The notes below the pieces were generated by a model. It worked only from the letters and a program-made list of their open reading frames with translations, was not told the DNA's origin and did no database searches. From NCBI GenBank assembly GCA_964536725.1, contig CAZHYJ010000003.1, forward strand, positions 39,065 to 103,064: a stretch of 64,000 bases of DNA. Direction: 5' to 3'. This DNA is from an uncultured Gammaproteobacteria bacterium (GTDB lineage: Bacteria; Patescibacteriota; Patescibacteriia; Magasanikbacterales; GWA2-37-8). Below, piece after piece: positions 48,370-61,003 of the stretch. Position 1 is the first letter of the stretch. Each line of letters begins with the position of its first letter. The position numbers were made by a program, and so were the translations under genes.

Positions 48370-48400
48370 AAAACAACAGCCAGTTTGTGGCTGTTGTTTT
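48370..48400. terminator. Bidirectional terminator
   Basis: aaaacaacagcca-gtttg-tggctgttgtttt. Confidence 0.8.
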
Positions 48401-48416
48401 GTTTAACAGAAAAGAA

Positions 48417-48515
48417 TTAACTCTTGTGCAATTTTTTGGTAATTGTACGGAGTTTCTTACCCATTTTTGTGTTCTTTTTTGCGTGCTCGATGCGAGCTTT
48501 TAGGGCACAATTCAT
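48417..48515 (-). CDS. 32-aa Lys-rich peptide (unannotated)
   Basis: MNCALKARIEHAKKNTKMGKKLRTITKKLHKS, lying between tRNA-Gln and a terminator. Confidence 0.5.
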   Translation of the reverse strand: MNCALKARIEHAKKNTKMGKKLRTITKKLHKS

Positions 48516-48550
48516 AGTATTTAAGGTTAATTATTAATTAAATTTAGTAT

Positions 48551-48638
48551 GTTCCGAGGCTTGGATTTACCCCGTCGCTTCGCTCTGGGGCATAAACTTC
48601 TCATCCAATCCTCTTCACTTCGTTCCGAGGCTTGGATT
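48551..48638. repeat. 17-bp direct repeat of the tRNA-Gln 3' end
   Basis: gttccgaggcttggatt at 48551 and 48622. Confidence 0.85.
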
Positions 48639-48693
48639 CGAACCAAGATAAGCAGATTCAGAGTCTGCTGGCCTACCATTAGCCGACCTCGGA
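48623..48693 (-). tRNA. tRNA-Gln(CTG)
   Basis: tccgagg/cctcgga acceptor stem; gcaga-ctctgaa-tctgc; cttgg-ttcgaat-ccaag. Confidence 0.94.
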
Positions 48694-48759
48694 ATTTTGG
48701 GTCAAAACCATATATAACTGGAACAAGAGAATTTTACCACTTTTTGGCCAAAAGTCAAG

Positions 48760-50346
48760 CTATTCGACTACTTCGCCACCAAAATCAGCGGCGATATCGA
48801 TGGCGTCATCGACGGTTTTTACTGCTTGGGCCTCTGTGACAGTGCAGAATATTTCGATTCTTTCTCCTAGCATTTTTTCCAAAATATCTTCAATTATCTT
48901 TTTATTTTTTCGATCCTCAATTTTTTCTTTGTGAAAAGAGTAGGGAACAGATACTTCCAGGCCATTTTCTGTCAGGGCTGCTAGAGTACAAATTTTTAAA
49001 ATAAAAGTAAGCGAATGACAAGTTTGGTCCAACTCTGGTATCATTGCTGTCCATTTTTCTTTAACCATGTCCAAAGTTGCTTGAGGTAATTTGTGTGAGT
49101 GAGTCAAGTTGGAGATAGCAGTTTTGATTGTTTCGGTTATTTTGTGTGCTGGTTTGATTGTCTCTGAGCCATCTTTTATTTCAACTTTTTTTTCTGGTGC
49201 TGGCGTGATATATCCGTCGGGTATTTTAGACGTTTCATCGTTGGTGGTCGTTTGATTTTCCAAATTAGTCGCTTCGATAATCCAAAGTTCGAGTGGTAGT
49301 TGGGGTAAAGCCGAACGTTTCATCTCCTGTCGGCGAATGATTATTTTATCAGTCAACTTAATCAACTTACTTGTGGTAATTAAGGTGCCTATGTGTTTTA
49401 ATCGGTCTCTGTCCTCAGTTCGATAACTTATTATTTCTTCCGGTTCAAATCCGGTTTGTAAAATTAAAATCAAACGCAATGTCTCAGCAATATCAAAAGC
49501 AAACTGTTCCAAATTTGCTCCGCTTTTTATCTGTTCGGCGATTATTTCCAATCCCGCGGAGGCGTTGTGTTTAAAAATTGTTTCAAGTAGTATTAAAACT
49601 TTTTCTGGCTGTGGGGTTGGCAGGATATTTTCACTATCAGCAGTGGTAATTTTTTTTAGTCCCAAAGAAAAAATCTGCCCAAGCAAACTTTCGGCGTCAC
49701 GCAGACAGCCGTCGCTTTTCAAAACTACACGTTTTAAAACTTCATCTTCTACCTCGATCTCTTCGCCATTAGCCAGTGTCTTTAGGCGGGTTATCATTTT
49801 GTCGGTAGGGATTTTGTTGAAATTAAAACGTTGACAACGTGATAGGATGGTAGCAGGAAGTTTGTGGTTTTCGGTAGTAGCCAAAACAAAAATTACGTGT
49901 GTGGGTGGTTCCTCTAAAGTTTTGAGCAATGCGTTGAAGGCACTGGTTGAAAGCATGTGTACCTCGTCGATGATAAAAACCTTAAAGGGGGATTTAGTGG
50001 GTTTGAACTGAGCGTTCTCAATAATATTTTCGCGGACGTTGTCCACGCCAGTGTGAGAAGCGGCGTCAATTTCAATGACATCGATATTTCTTCCCTGAGT
50101 AATTTCTTCGCAACTAGAACAAGTGTTACAAGGCTCAGCGGTACCAGCTGCTCGATTGGGGCAGTTTACTGCCTTGGCTACCAAACGTGCCAAGGTGGTT
50201 TTTCCCACTCCGCGTGGACCAGAAAACAGGTAGGCGTGCGCTACTTTATTTAAAGAAACAGCATTAGTGATAGTTTGAGTGATATGCTCCTGCCCAATCA
50301 AGTCAGTAAAGGTCTGTGGTCGGTATTTACGATATAATGTTGGCAT
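48760..50346 (-). CDS. dnaX: DNA polymerase III subunit gamma/tau
   Basis: LYRKYRP, GPRGVGKTT, EIDAAS, DEVHML and SRC motifs. Confidence 0.97.
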   Translation of the reverse strand: MPTLYRKYRPQTFTDLIGQEHITQTITNAVSLNKVAHAYLFSGPRGVGKTTLARLVAKAVNCPNRAAGTAEPCNTCSSCEEITQGRNIDVIEIDAASHTGVDNVRENIIENAQFKPTKSPFKVFIIDEVHMLSTSAFNALLKTLEEPPTHVIFVLATTENHKLPATILSRCQRFNFNKIPTDKMITRLKTLANGEEIEVEDEVLKRVVLKSDGCLRDAESLLGQIFSLGLKKITTADSENILPTPQPEKVLILLETIFKHNASAGLEIIAEQIKSGANLEQFAFDIAETLRLILILQTGFEPEEIISYRTEDRDRLKHIGTLITTSKLIKLTDKIIIRRQEMKRSALPQLPLELWIIEATNLENQTTTNDETSKIPDGYITPAPEKKVEIKDGSETIKPAHKITETIKTAISNLTHSHKLPQATLDMVKEKWTAMIPELDQTCHSLTFILKICTLAALTENGLEVSVPYSFHKEKIEDRKNKKIIEDILEKMLGERIEIFCTVTEAQAVKTVDDAIDIAADFGGEVVE

Positions 50347-50368
50347 AAAAAAGGGGAGTAGAGATGAA

Positions 50369-50437
50369 ACAGTCGGATAAGTATGTTTTTATTGCCGCGC
50401 TTTCAGCTAGGCAACAAAAACATACTTATCCGACTGT
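50369..50437. repeat. Long perfect inverted repeat upstream of dnaX
   Basis: acagtcggataagtatgttttt / aaaaacatacttatccgactgt (22 bp). Confidence 0.85.
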
Positions 50438-50470
50438 GACTATACCACGGTTATAATATTATTTCAATTA

Positions 50471-53023
50471 CTACAAACTCGGCTCAATCATATCTCCAAT
50501 ACCGGTCGGTTTGGCCACGCCCAATTGGGCGCGTTCCATGATTTCAGAATCAACAATTTCACGGGGGCGACCATATTTCAAACGGGATAATTCTTTGATT
50601 GCTGCCGCCAATTCTTTGTTGCCTTTTTCTGGTGGGTAAGTGGTCATACTGAATGGTTTGCAAGCAGTATTGTCGATCAGTAGTTTGGTGTAAGCAGTAT
50701 ACTGTTCTACGTTGATCAAGTCATAAGCACCAAAAACTGGAGCGTATTCTTTTTGTAAAATATCTGCATCTTCCACGCCAATACGGAAAGTAACAAGAGT
50801 ACCGGCATTACCCAAAACCGCATCACGAACGGTGGTTTTTCCTTTATTGTCTTCCAGTTGTTTCATGTACTGATGAGCGATGATTAATTCTAAGCGATAT
50901 TTACGCGCTTCAGATAAAATGGTAGCAATCGAGTCGGTGATAAAGTTTTGAAACTCATCAATGTAGAGATAAAAATCATGACGTTCTTCTTCGGGCAAAG
51001 AAGCGCGCTCGAGTGCGGCCATTTGTAATTTGGATACAACAATCAGACCTAAAAGGTTAGAGTTGATTTCGCCTACCAAACCTTTGGACAAATTGACCAA
51101 AAGAATTTTCTTTTTATCCATTACATCGCGAAAACTAAAGCTGGAGTGAGTCTGGCCGATAATATTTCGCACCATTTGATTTTCTACAAAGCGGCCAACT
51201 TTTGAGATCAAGTATCCCAACATCTCTGATTTATGGAAGTCAGATGTCTTAGCCATCTCTTTGTCCCAGAAAGCCAACACCATCGGATCAGTTAATTTAT
51301 TTTTGTATTTTTTAACAAACTCGTCGTCGGTAAACATGCGTGGAATCTCCGCCATCGTGCCGGGATTTTCCATATCAGCCATCAGTGTCAACATTACGTT
51401 GCGCATCTGGTGTTCAAACATTGGACCGATCATCGACGGGTCAGAAACCAGTTTATAGAAAATAGCGATCATTTCCTGGCAGATAAAATCTTTTTGTTCT
51501 TCGGTTTTAGCTTCGAGCATGTTTAGACCCAGTGGTCTTTCGGTGTCAGATGGACTAAAAACAATAACATCATCGGCGCGTTCTTTTGGTATATGTTGTA
51601 AAACATATTCAACAAAGTCGCCATGGGGGTCGATCACACAAACACCTTCGCCGTTAATTACATCTTGCACTGCTAAGCTTTGGATAAACACAGATTTACC
51701 ACTACCAGATTTACCAATAGTATAAAGGTGGCGACGACGATCAGAGCGTTTCATGCGTACGATAGTTTCCTCACCACGATATACCGCTCTTCCCAAAATA
51801 ATACCCTCGGTCGGCATATTCACTGGTGGTGGGGCTTTGCGTGCGCCCAACCAGTTGATGTGTGGGGTTTCAGTGTAGGGGGTAGGTAAGTGCCATAAAC
51901 CACACATTTCCTCGGTGTTTACTACCATGTAATGTTTTTCTTGTGGAGTGCGATAAATGAAATCGCGAATAAGTTTTCCTTGTGAGCGGGGAGTGGCGGC
52001 GGCAAAAGAATTACCGTAGCGGTAGATATTGTATTGACCAAAAGAGTTGATGATATTTTCCAAATTCATCTGCGCAGTTTCCTTGACGTTGGCTGAGCTG
52101 ACAAGACGAATAGTTAATTCTAAGCCACCATGACTGATTTTCTCCTCCATGCTTTTTACCATCTCTTCTTCCATCTGTGTCAATCGATAAGGTTCATTGG
52201 TGCCGGTTTGTTTGGAAGGGTCTTTTTTAAACAGAAGTTTTTTCCACTTCTGCAAAGAGCGCATGAAGGCGCTGCGGTGGGCGACATATTCAAATTTTTG
52301 TCCTTCACGAATATCACGGATCATCTTTACTCCTTGACGACGCCATTTGGGTGTGGCCGGTCGGACAATATATTGAATGACTGCACCTTCATCTTCGCCA
52401 ATTTTACTCAATGGGTTTAAAATTGCAGACAGTGGATCGCTGTCCATTTTTTTGTAGGTCTTTAAAGGAAAAGCGGAACGGCTTTTGAAAAAAAGATAGG
52501 CGCCCACAATATGGCTTTGTGGTTTGAATATATTGTAGTCTGTTTCAATATCAATTTGAGCGTGCGGATATTGAGCGTGGATTTGTTGTTCGACGAATTC
52601 TTTTACCTTGTCGGGTATAGAAACATAGAATGTAATCTTATTGTCTTTGGCGACAATCTCAAAAGAAATGTGGTCATTGCGCCCACGGAGCCAACTCATT
52701 ATCCCTTTTTGTTGTTTTAAACCAGTAAGGGAAGAAAAAAGTGTTTCGGCGATGGCGATTTTTTCTCGTATTTGGTTGATGTTTTCTTCCGTTGTGCTGG
52801 AGTTTTGCCCTCCTTCACCCTTTCTTTCTTTTGGTATTCGAATCACCATGATGGTTTTGTGAAAAGCGCGTTTTTCACGGCTTTGGGTGTGAAGTAAGGC
52901 GCGGAGTATATAGAGAGCAGAGATGAAGGCTAATATGCCAATTATCAAAAACACTACCAACAATACAATTGGATTATTATTCAAATTTTCGATTATGGTA
53001 GCTAACAAATTTTGGTAGTCCAT
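50471..53023 (-). CDS. Membrane-anchored VirB4/TraD/HerA-like ATPase
   Basis: DRRRH, GKSGSGKS, IDPHGD, LYIDEFQNF, EARKY and AHQ motifs. Confidence 0.88.
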   Translation of the reverse strand: MDYQNLLATIIENLNNNPIVLLVVFLIIGILAFISALYILRALLHTQSREKRAFHKTIMVIRIPKERKGEGGQNSSTTEENINQIREKIAIAETLFSSLTGLKQQKGIMSWLRGRNDHISFEIVAKDNKITFYVSIPDKVKEFVEQQIHAQYPHAQIDIETDYNIFKPQSHIVGAYLFFKSRSAFPLKTYKKMDSDPLSAILNPLSKIGEDEGAVIQYIVRPATPKWRRQGVKMIRDIREGQKFEYVAHRSAFMRSLQKWKKLLFKKDPSKQTGTNEPYRLTQMEEEMVKSMEEKISHGGLELTIRLVSSANVKETAQMNLENIINSFGQYNIYRYGNSFAAATPRSQGKLIRDFIYRTPQEKHYMVVNTEEMCGLWHLPTPYTETPHINWLGARKAPPPVNMPTEGIILGRAVYRGEETIVRMKRSDRRRHLYTIGKSGSGKSVFIQSLAVQDVINGEGVCVIDPHGDFVEYVLQHIPKERADDVIVFSPSDTERPLGLNMLEAKTEEQKDFICQEMIAIFYKLVSDPSMIGPMFEHQMRNVMLTLMADMENPGTMAEIPRMFTDDEFVKKYKNKLTDPMVLAFWDKEMAKTSDFHKSEMLGYLISKVGRFVENQMVRNIIGQTHSSFSFRDVMDKKKILLVNLSKGLVGEINSNLLGLIVVSKLQMAALERASLPEEERHDFYLYIDEFQNFITDSIATILSEARKYRLELIIAHQYMKQLEDNKGKTTVRDAVLGNAGTLVTFRIGVEDADILQKEYAPVFGAYDLINVEQYTAYTKLLIDNTACKPFSMTTYPPEKGNKELAAAIKELSRLKYGRPREIVDSEIMERAQLGVAKPTGIGDMIEPSL

Positions 53024-53024
53024 G

Positions 53025-53522
53025 TTAGCGAGTTTGTTTATTTTTTAACTCCATTATTTTATCGGTTTTTATCTTTGCTTCTTGTTCTAAGAAAAAATGG
53101 TTAATGCCGGGTAAAATTTTGAGCCATTCGATAATAAGGCGCAGAATCTTTTTTACTTTAACATGTGTAGAACGTAAGAGTTCGCTGATTTTTGCAGCAG
53201 TTTTTTCTCCTTTGATTTTAAATTCTTGTTTGGCGATTGGGGAAAGACGTTGAAAGGAATCGCCTAGTCCATCTTCAAGTATCTTCTCTATCTTCACGGC
53301 TAATTCATCTCTGACTTGAGGGACGACTACTGGTCTGCGTATTTGGGGTAAACGAACTCTGGCCGGTGGTTTATTTTCGGTTTCTTTTGGTCTGGCTTCT
53401 GCAGTCGTTTGTGCTTTTTCCGTTTCGGCGTTTTTAGCTGTTTCTATAACCGGCTGGTTTTCCGCGCCTTCGGTTTTTAAATTTTCGAGATTAGCTTTTT
53501 TGTCGCTCTCAATATCGGCCAT
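53025..53522 (-). CDS. Conserved hypothetical protein
   Basis: Disordered N-terminus; WLKILPGINHFFLEQEAKIKTDKI. Confidence 0.7.
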   Translation of the reverse strand: MADIESDKKANLENLKTEGAENQPVIETAKNAETEKAQTTAEARPKETENKPPARVRLPQIRRPVVVPQVRDELAVKIEKILEDGLGDSFQRLSPIAKQEFKIKGEKTAAKISELLRSTHVKVKKILRLIIEWLKILPGINHFFLEQEAKIKTDKIMELKNKQTR

Positions 53523-53581
53523 AGTTTTAATTTTAAAGCATCTTCATTATAGCACATTCTGAAAAAAACTAAAAACCTTGA

Positions 53582-54967
53582 TTATATTTTTCTGACTTTG
53601 GTGCCGGTGGGCGTATCTTCGACAGTGTAGCCCTCACTTTCCAGTACTTTACGTAACTCGTCGCTTTTAGTCCAGTTTTTTTCGGCTCTGGCCATATCAC
53701 GTTTTGAAATAGTTTCTAAAATTTCCGGTGATATTGTTTCTTTTTTTGTTGTGGTGGTTAATTTTAAACCAAATACTTCGTCAAATTTTTTGGTCAACCA
53801 AAGTTTTTCTTCGTTGGATATTTCTTTGTCGTCTAGCATCTTCCAGGCCAAAGCCAATGCTTGCGGAGTATTCAGATCGTCGTTCAAATATTCTTTGAAT
53901 TGTTCTAAATATTTTTTGGTATTTTTTGTTTCTTTTGTTTCCTTAGTCTGTAAGTTGGCAACAGTTTGTTTCAATCTCTCGTAACCGTTTTCGGCTGCTT
54001 GTAATGCCTCGAAAGAAAAATTGAGCTGTTTGCGATAGTGGGCTTGTAAGAGGAAATAGCGGTAGGCGAGGGGGTTGATGTTTTTTTCTTTTAGGACAGA
54101 GACGGTTAAGAAATTATTACCAGACTTTGACATTTTTTCTTTGCCTGTGTTTAAAAATTCGTTATGCAACCAATAGTTGGCCAAAGGTTTTCCGTTGGCC
54201 GCTTCGCTTTGGGCGATTTCGTTGATATGGTGAACAGGGATGTGATCGATACCACCACAATGAATATCAAAAGGTTGCCCGAGATATTTTTCAGACATGG
54301 CAGAGCATTCAATGTGCCAACCAGGAAAGCCTGTGCCCCAGGGACTCTCCCATTCCATTTGACGTTGAGTGTTGGTGGGGGAAAATTTCCAGAGAGCAAA
54401 GTCGGTTGGATTTTTTTTCTCGCCTAGTTCGACGCGTGCGCCGGCTTGGATTTCTTGGTTTTCTAGATTGGCCATTTTCCCATAATCGGGAAATTTGCTG
54501 GTGTCAAAATATATACCATCAGCCGTTTGGTAGGTAAATCCATTTTTTTCTAATTTTTTTATTAATTTAATCTGCTCGGGGATGTGTTCGGTGGCGCGAC
54601 ACCAAATATCGGGTGGGATAATATTTAATGCCGAAAGGTCTTGTTCAAAGGCAATAATATAGAAGTCGGCAATTTCCCAAGCGGTCTTGTTTTCTCGACG
54701 GGCGCCTTTTTCCATTTTATCTTCACCAACATCGGCATCACTTGTGAGGTGTCCAACGTCGGTAATATTCATTACATGTTTTACTTTGTAGTCGTTAAGT
54801 TGTAGAACACGCTTGAGGATATCTTCAAAAACATAACTGCGTAGATTGCCAATGTGGGCGTAGTTGTAGACGGTGGGTCCACAAGTGTACAGGCCAGCCT
54901 TGTGTTTTTTGATTGGTTTAAACTCTTCGAGGTGATGATTAAGAGAATTAAATAGTTGTAATGACAT
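53582..54967 (-). CDS. cysS: Cysteine--tRNA ligase
   Basis: CGPTVY..AHIGN, PGWHIECSAM and KMSKS motifs. Confidence 0.97.
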   Translation of the reverse strand: MSLQLFNSLNHHLEEFKPIKKHKAGLYTCGPTVYNYAHIGNLRSYVFEDILKRVLQLNDYKVKHVMNITDVGHLTSDADVGEDKMEKGARRENKTAWEIADFYIIAFEQDLSALNIIPPDIWCRATEHIPEQIKLIKKLEKNGFTYQTADGIYFDTSKFPDYGKMANLENQEIQAGARVELGEKKNPTDFALWKFSPTNTQRQMEWESPWGTGFPGWHIECSAMSEKYLGQPFDIHCGGIDHIPVHHINEIAQSEAANGKPLANYWLHNEFLNTGKEKMSKSGNNFLTVSVLKEKNINPLAYRYFLLQAHYRKQLNFSFEALQAAENGYERLKQTVANLQTKETKETKNTKKYLEQFKEYLNDDLNTPQALALAWKMLDDKEISNEEKLWLTKKFDEVFGLKLTTTTKKETISPEILETISKRDMARAEKNWTKSDELRKVLESEGYTVEDTPTGTKVRKI

Positions 54968-55063
54968 AAATTTAAATAGGTTAGTCTCTATTTTACTATT
55001 TTTATCCACAGTTTTCAATAGCGGTATGTAACTTTATTGATTTGTTTGATATAATACCTGTAT

Positions 55064-56206
55064 ATGTTTCTATCTAAACCGAAATCTGTCTTGGGAGTAG
55101 ACATTGGCGCTGGTGGAATAAAAATAGTGGAATTACACAAAACCAAGAACCGGCCGGTCTTGTTTACTTATGGTTTGGCTGCCGGTAGGCGTGATGTTCA
55201 TGAACTGGTAAAAGCGGTAAGTCAACAAAGAGGTGGAGAGCTGGGCTTGAAAACTGGGGTAGAGGCAAAAAAAACTCAAGTAACTAACCAAATTTTTACT
55301 CCGGAAAAAGTGGTGGAGTATGCTGCGGTTTTAAAGGCGGTTTGTCAAAAATCAAAAATAACCGCCAAAAATGCTGTGGTAAGTTTGCCGGTTTCAGCTG
55401 TTTTTCGTGCTGTTGTCAATTTGCCACCAGTAAAGAAAAATGAATTTGAAACAATTTTAAAAGCTAAAGTAAAAAAATTATTACCCCGACCGATCGAAGA
55501 GATGACTTTGGATTATCAAATACTGCCGGCTGTTGGTGAGGAAAAAAGCCAACGTGTTTTAATCAACGCCGTTGCTCGTGAGGTGGTGGTTTTTTATACC
55601 CAAATTTTTCAAAAAGCTGGGATTGTGCTCGAAGCTTTGGAACCAGAATCAACTGCTTTAGAGCGCGCACTTATTGGTCGTGATCAAAGTGTGGCGATGA
55701 TTGTGGATGTGGGCGCAGAACACACAAACTTTTTTATTATTGATGGCGGTGTGGCTATCACTCACAACAGTGTAGAAATTGGCGGTGATCGTTTAGATCA
55801 GTTGTTATCTAGTGCGCTCGGAATTGATCCGAATTTGGTAGGGCGAGTTAAACAAGATTGGTTCGAACGGTTGTTGCTCAAAAAGAATGCGATTGCCAAA
55901 GCAGACTTTTTAAATTTATTGCGTCCGGTAGTTGAGCCGATTGTCAAAGAAATTGAATATAGTTTTGAAGTTTATTTGCGCCAGAGCGGTAACCTGACAA
56001 AGCACCCAGAAAAAGTGGTGCTGACTGGTGGTGGTGCGTTTTTTCCGTTTTTAGCTGAACATATTGCGGAAAAGTTTAAGTTAAAATGTTATGTGGGTGA
56101 TCCGTGGGGGCGAGTAGTTTATCAAGATGGCTTGAAGCCAATTTTGCATGGTATTGGTCCGCGTATGTCAGTAGCTATTGGCTTGGCTTTACGAAACATG
56201 TTATAA
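55064..56206 (+). CDS. pilM: Type IV pilus assembly protein PilM
   Basis: GVDIG...IKIVEL, VDVGA, LTGGGA and AIGLALR motifs. Confidence 0.9.
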   Translation: MFLSKPKSVLGVDIGAGGIKIVELHKTKNRPVLFTYGLAAGRRDVHELVKAVSQQRGGELGLKTGVEAKKTQVTNQIFTPEKVVEYAAVLKAVCQKSKITAKNAVVSLPVSAVFRAVVNLPPVKKNEFETILKAKVKKLLPRPIEEMTLDYQILPAVGEEKSQRVLINAVAREVVVFYTQIFQKAGIVLEALEPESTALERALIGRDQSVAMIVDVGAEHTNFFIIDGGVAITHNSVEIGGDRLDQLLSSALGIDPNLVGRVKQDWFERLLLKKNAIAKADFLNLLRPVVEPIVKEIEYSFEVYLRQSGNLTKHPEKVVLTGGGAFFPFLAEHIAEKFKLKCYVGDPWGRVVYQDGLKPILHGIGPRMSVAIGLALRNML

Positions 56207-56238
56207 TAAAATCATATTTAATCGGTTACTTTTTAACT

Positions 56239-56640
56239 ATGCCAAATAAAGTTTCGACTGATGGGGGGAAAACTCTTGTTTTGTTGGTTGAGGACGACGT
56301 TTTTCTTTCTGGTATTTACCAGAAGAAGTTTGAAATGGAGGGTTTCAAGGTGACGACGGCAGACAACGGCGAAAAAGCATTGGTGGAAGCGAAAAAGAAA
56401 AAGCCGAATATTATTCTCTTGGATATTTTATTGCCCAAGTTGGATGGTTTTGCTGTTCTTGAAAAATTAAAAGCGGATCCAGAAACAAAACCAATTCCAG
56501 TGATTCTTCTGACAAATTTGGGTCAAAAGGATGATGTGGAAAAAGGGTTGGAAGCTGGTGCAGCTGACTATTTGATCAAAGCACATTTTAAACCATCAGA
56601 GGTAGTGGACAAAGTAAGAAAAGTTTTACAATTGGTTTAA
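56239..56640 (+). CDS. Single-domain response regulator
   Basis: VEDD, LLDILLP and LTN receiver motifs; AADYLIKA. Confidence 0.92.
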   Translation: MPNKVSTDGGKTLVLLVEDDVFLSGIYQKKFEMEGFKVTTADNGEKALVEAKKKKPNIILLDILLPKLDGFAVLEKLKADPETKPIPVILLTNLGQKDDVEKGLEAGAADYLIKAHFKPSEVVDKVRKVLQLV

Positions 56641-56697
56641 GGGGTGGTATATTAATTTAGCGATAAATTTATCTTTAAGCAGAAAGGGGGTGACATT

Positions 56698-57123
56698 ATG
56701 AATAAAAAAGGTTTTACATTGATCGAGCTTTTAATCGTAGTTGCTATCATCGGTTTATTGTCCACTTTGGCAGTAGTATCGTTGGGCTCAGCTCGTGTGA
56801 AAGCACGTGATTCTAAACGTTTAGCGGATCTTAAACAGATTCAAACTGCTTTGGAATTATTTTATACCGATCAGAATACATATCCAACAGGCTCCGGTCT
56901 TACTTTGGGTGGAACATCAGCTGCATGTTTGAATGCGACTGGTTTTACCACTGCTGGTTGTACTAGTGCCTACATGGGTGCAGTTCCTGCCGATCCTAAG
57001 TCACCAGGTACTTACTCATATACCGCAGCTTCTAGTTCCTATTCTATCGTAGCCGCTTTGGAAGGTACAGTTAATGGTTTAACTGAGGGTATTACGTTGT
57101 CACCAGCCGGTATCGCTGACTAG
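56698..57123 (+). CDS. Type IV pilin / pseudopilin
   Basis: KKGFTLIELLIVVAII class III signal. Confidence 0.93.
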   Translation: MNKKGFTLIELLIVVAIIGLLSTLAVVSLGSARVKARDSKRLADLKQIQTALELFYTDQNTYPTGSGLTLGGTSAACLNATGFTTAGCTSAYMGAVPADPKSPGTYSYTAASSSYSIVAALEGTVNGLTEGITLSPAGIAD

Positions 57124-57236
57124 TTTTTTAAAAAACATGAAAATATGCTGATTTAATCGGCATATTTTTGTGTTTGGCAAAATATTTCTTTGGGTATATA
57201 ATATGTGAGTAATTAATTTACATTGCTTTAGCAAAT

Positions 57237-60075
<2,839 letters not shown>

Positions 60076-60076
60076 T

Positions 60077-60697
60077 ATGTCTTTTTCTGAATCAGAACCA
60101 AAATTTGAGCGAATGTCTGTTGATGAGCTGGTAAAAATTAGAGGTAGTATAAAATCCCAGCTGTCAGCATATTCAAAAGATAGTGGGGTTTCCTTTAAAG
60201 ATCATTGTCAGCAGGTTTTAGAAAAATTTTTGCAGCAACTAAAATCCCAGAAGGATAAGTTTAAACAAGTGTTTACCACTGAGAGCGGTTCGATTTATTT
60301 TATTGTTGATACTGGTCAATGTTTAAGGTTTAAAAAGGGAACGACTTTATTCAATGATCCAGATAAGAAATATTGGGAGATTGGCGAGGTGATGCAAAAT
60401 ATTTTGTTTTTAGACGAGTCTGTTAGGGATGATTTGTTAAAAACAGCGAAAAGAGATATGAAATCCCCTGAAGGTTATTATGTCTCTGCTCTTTGGAAAC
60501 ACCCTATCCCACATTCAGATTTTGGTGTTGAAAAATATCCTTTCGAGTTTGGCATCGTGGGTGACAGGCGAGTGGCGGATATTGAAGATAAAAATGGTGT
60601 ATTAGTAGTCAACGGAATATCATGTGGTAAAGAGGTGATAGAGGCCGGGTTTCCGCCCCTTCATTTTGGGCATAAGATAACAACATCTCTGAAGTAA
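60077..60697 (+). CDS. Hypothetical protein
   Basis: 206-aa ORF coupled to ligA; FTTESGSIY and HFGHKIT. Confidence 0.65.
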   Translation: MSFSESEPKFERMSVDELVKIRGSIKSQLSAYSKDSGVSFKDHCQQVLEKFLQQLKSQKDKFKQVFTTESGSIYFIVDTGQCLRFKKGTTLFNDPDKKYWEIGEVMQNILFLDESVRDDLLKTAKRDMKSPEGYYVSALWKHPIPHSDFGVEKYPFEFGIVGDRRVADIEDKNGVLVVNGISCGKEVIEAGFPPLHFGHKITTSLK

Positions 60698-60806
60698 TAT
60701 TTTACGACTAGGCTATGGACTATTTTACCAAAATTTGTGGTATAATATCTGAGTGAATTTTTAACAGTGTTTTAATTATCTAATTGAAAAATATGGGAAC
60801 AGAAAC

Positions 60807-60986
60807 ATGACCAGTCCTACGTATGAGGCGTATAGACGATTGGATAGAATCGTGATTGATGCCACAACAGCAGGAGATCCTAGGTTAGTGGCAGAACTAT
60901 TAAAGGAGGCTATCACATGTCTGGATAAGATGAAGGGGAAAACATCAGGGCCAGAAGCAGAAAAATTAACTCTTTATACCGCGTAA
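60807..60986 (+). CDS. Possible 59-aa protein
   Basis: Open frame MTSPTYEAYRRLDRIVID... filling the intergenic gap. Confidence 0.35.
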   Translation: MTSPTYEAYRRLDRIVIDATTAGDPRLVAELLKEAITCLDKMKGKTSGPEAEKLTLYTA

Positions 60987-61003
60987 TAAATTTTTTTTGG
61001 CTT

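Noticed and set aside
48417-48515. Ribosomal protein L28, L34 or L35
   Set aside because: The peptide is basic but lacks the signature motifs and length of these families.
50369-50437. SRP RNA (ffs) upstream of dnaX
   Set aside because: The conserved domain IV motif with its GGAA tetraloop is absent.
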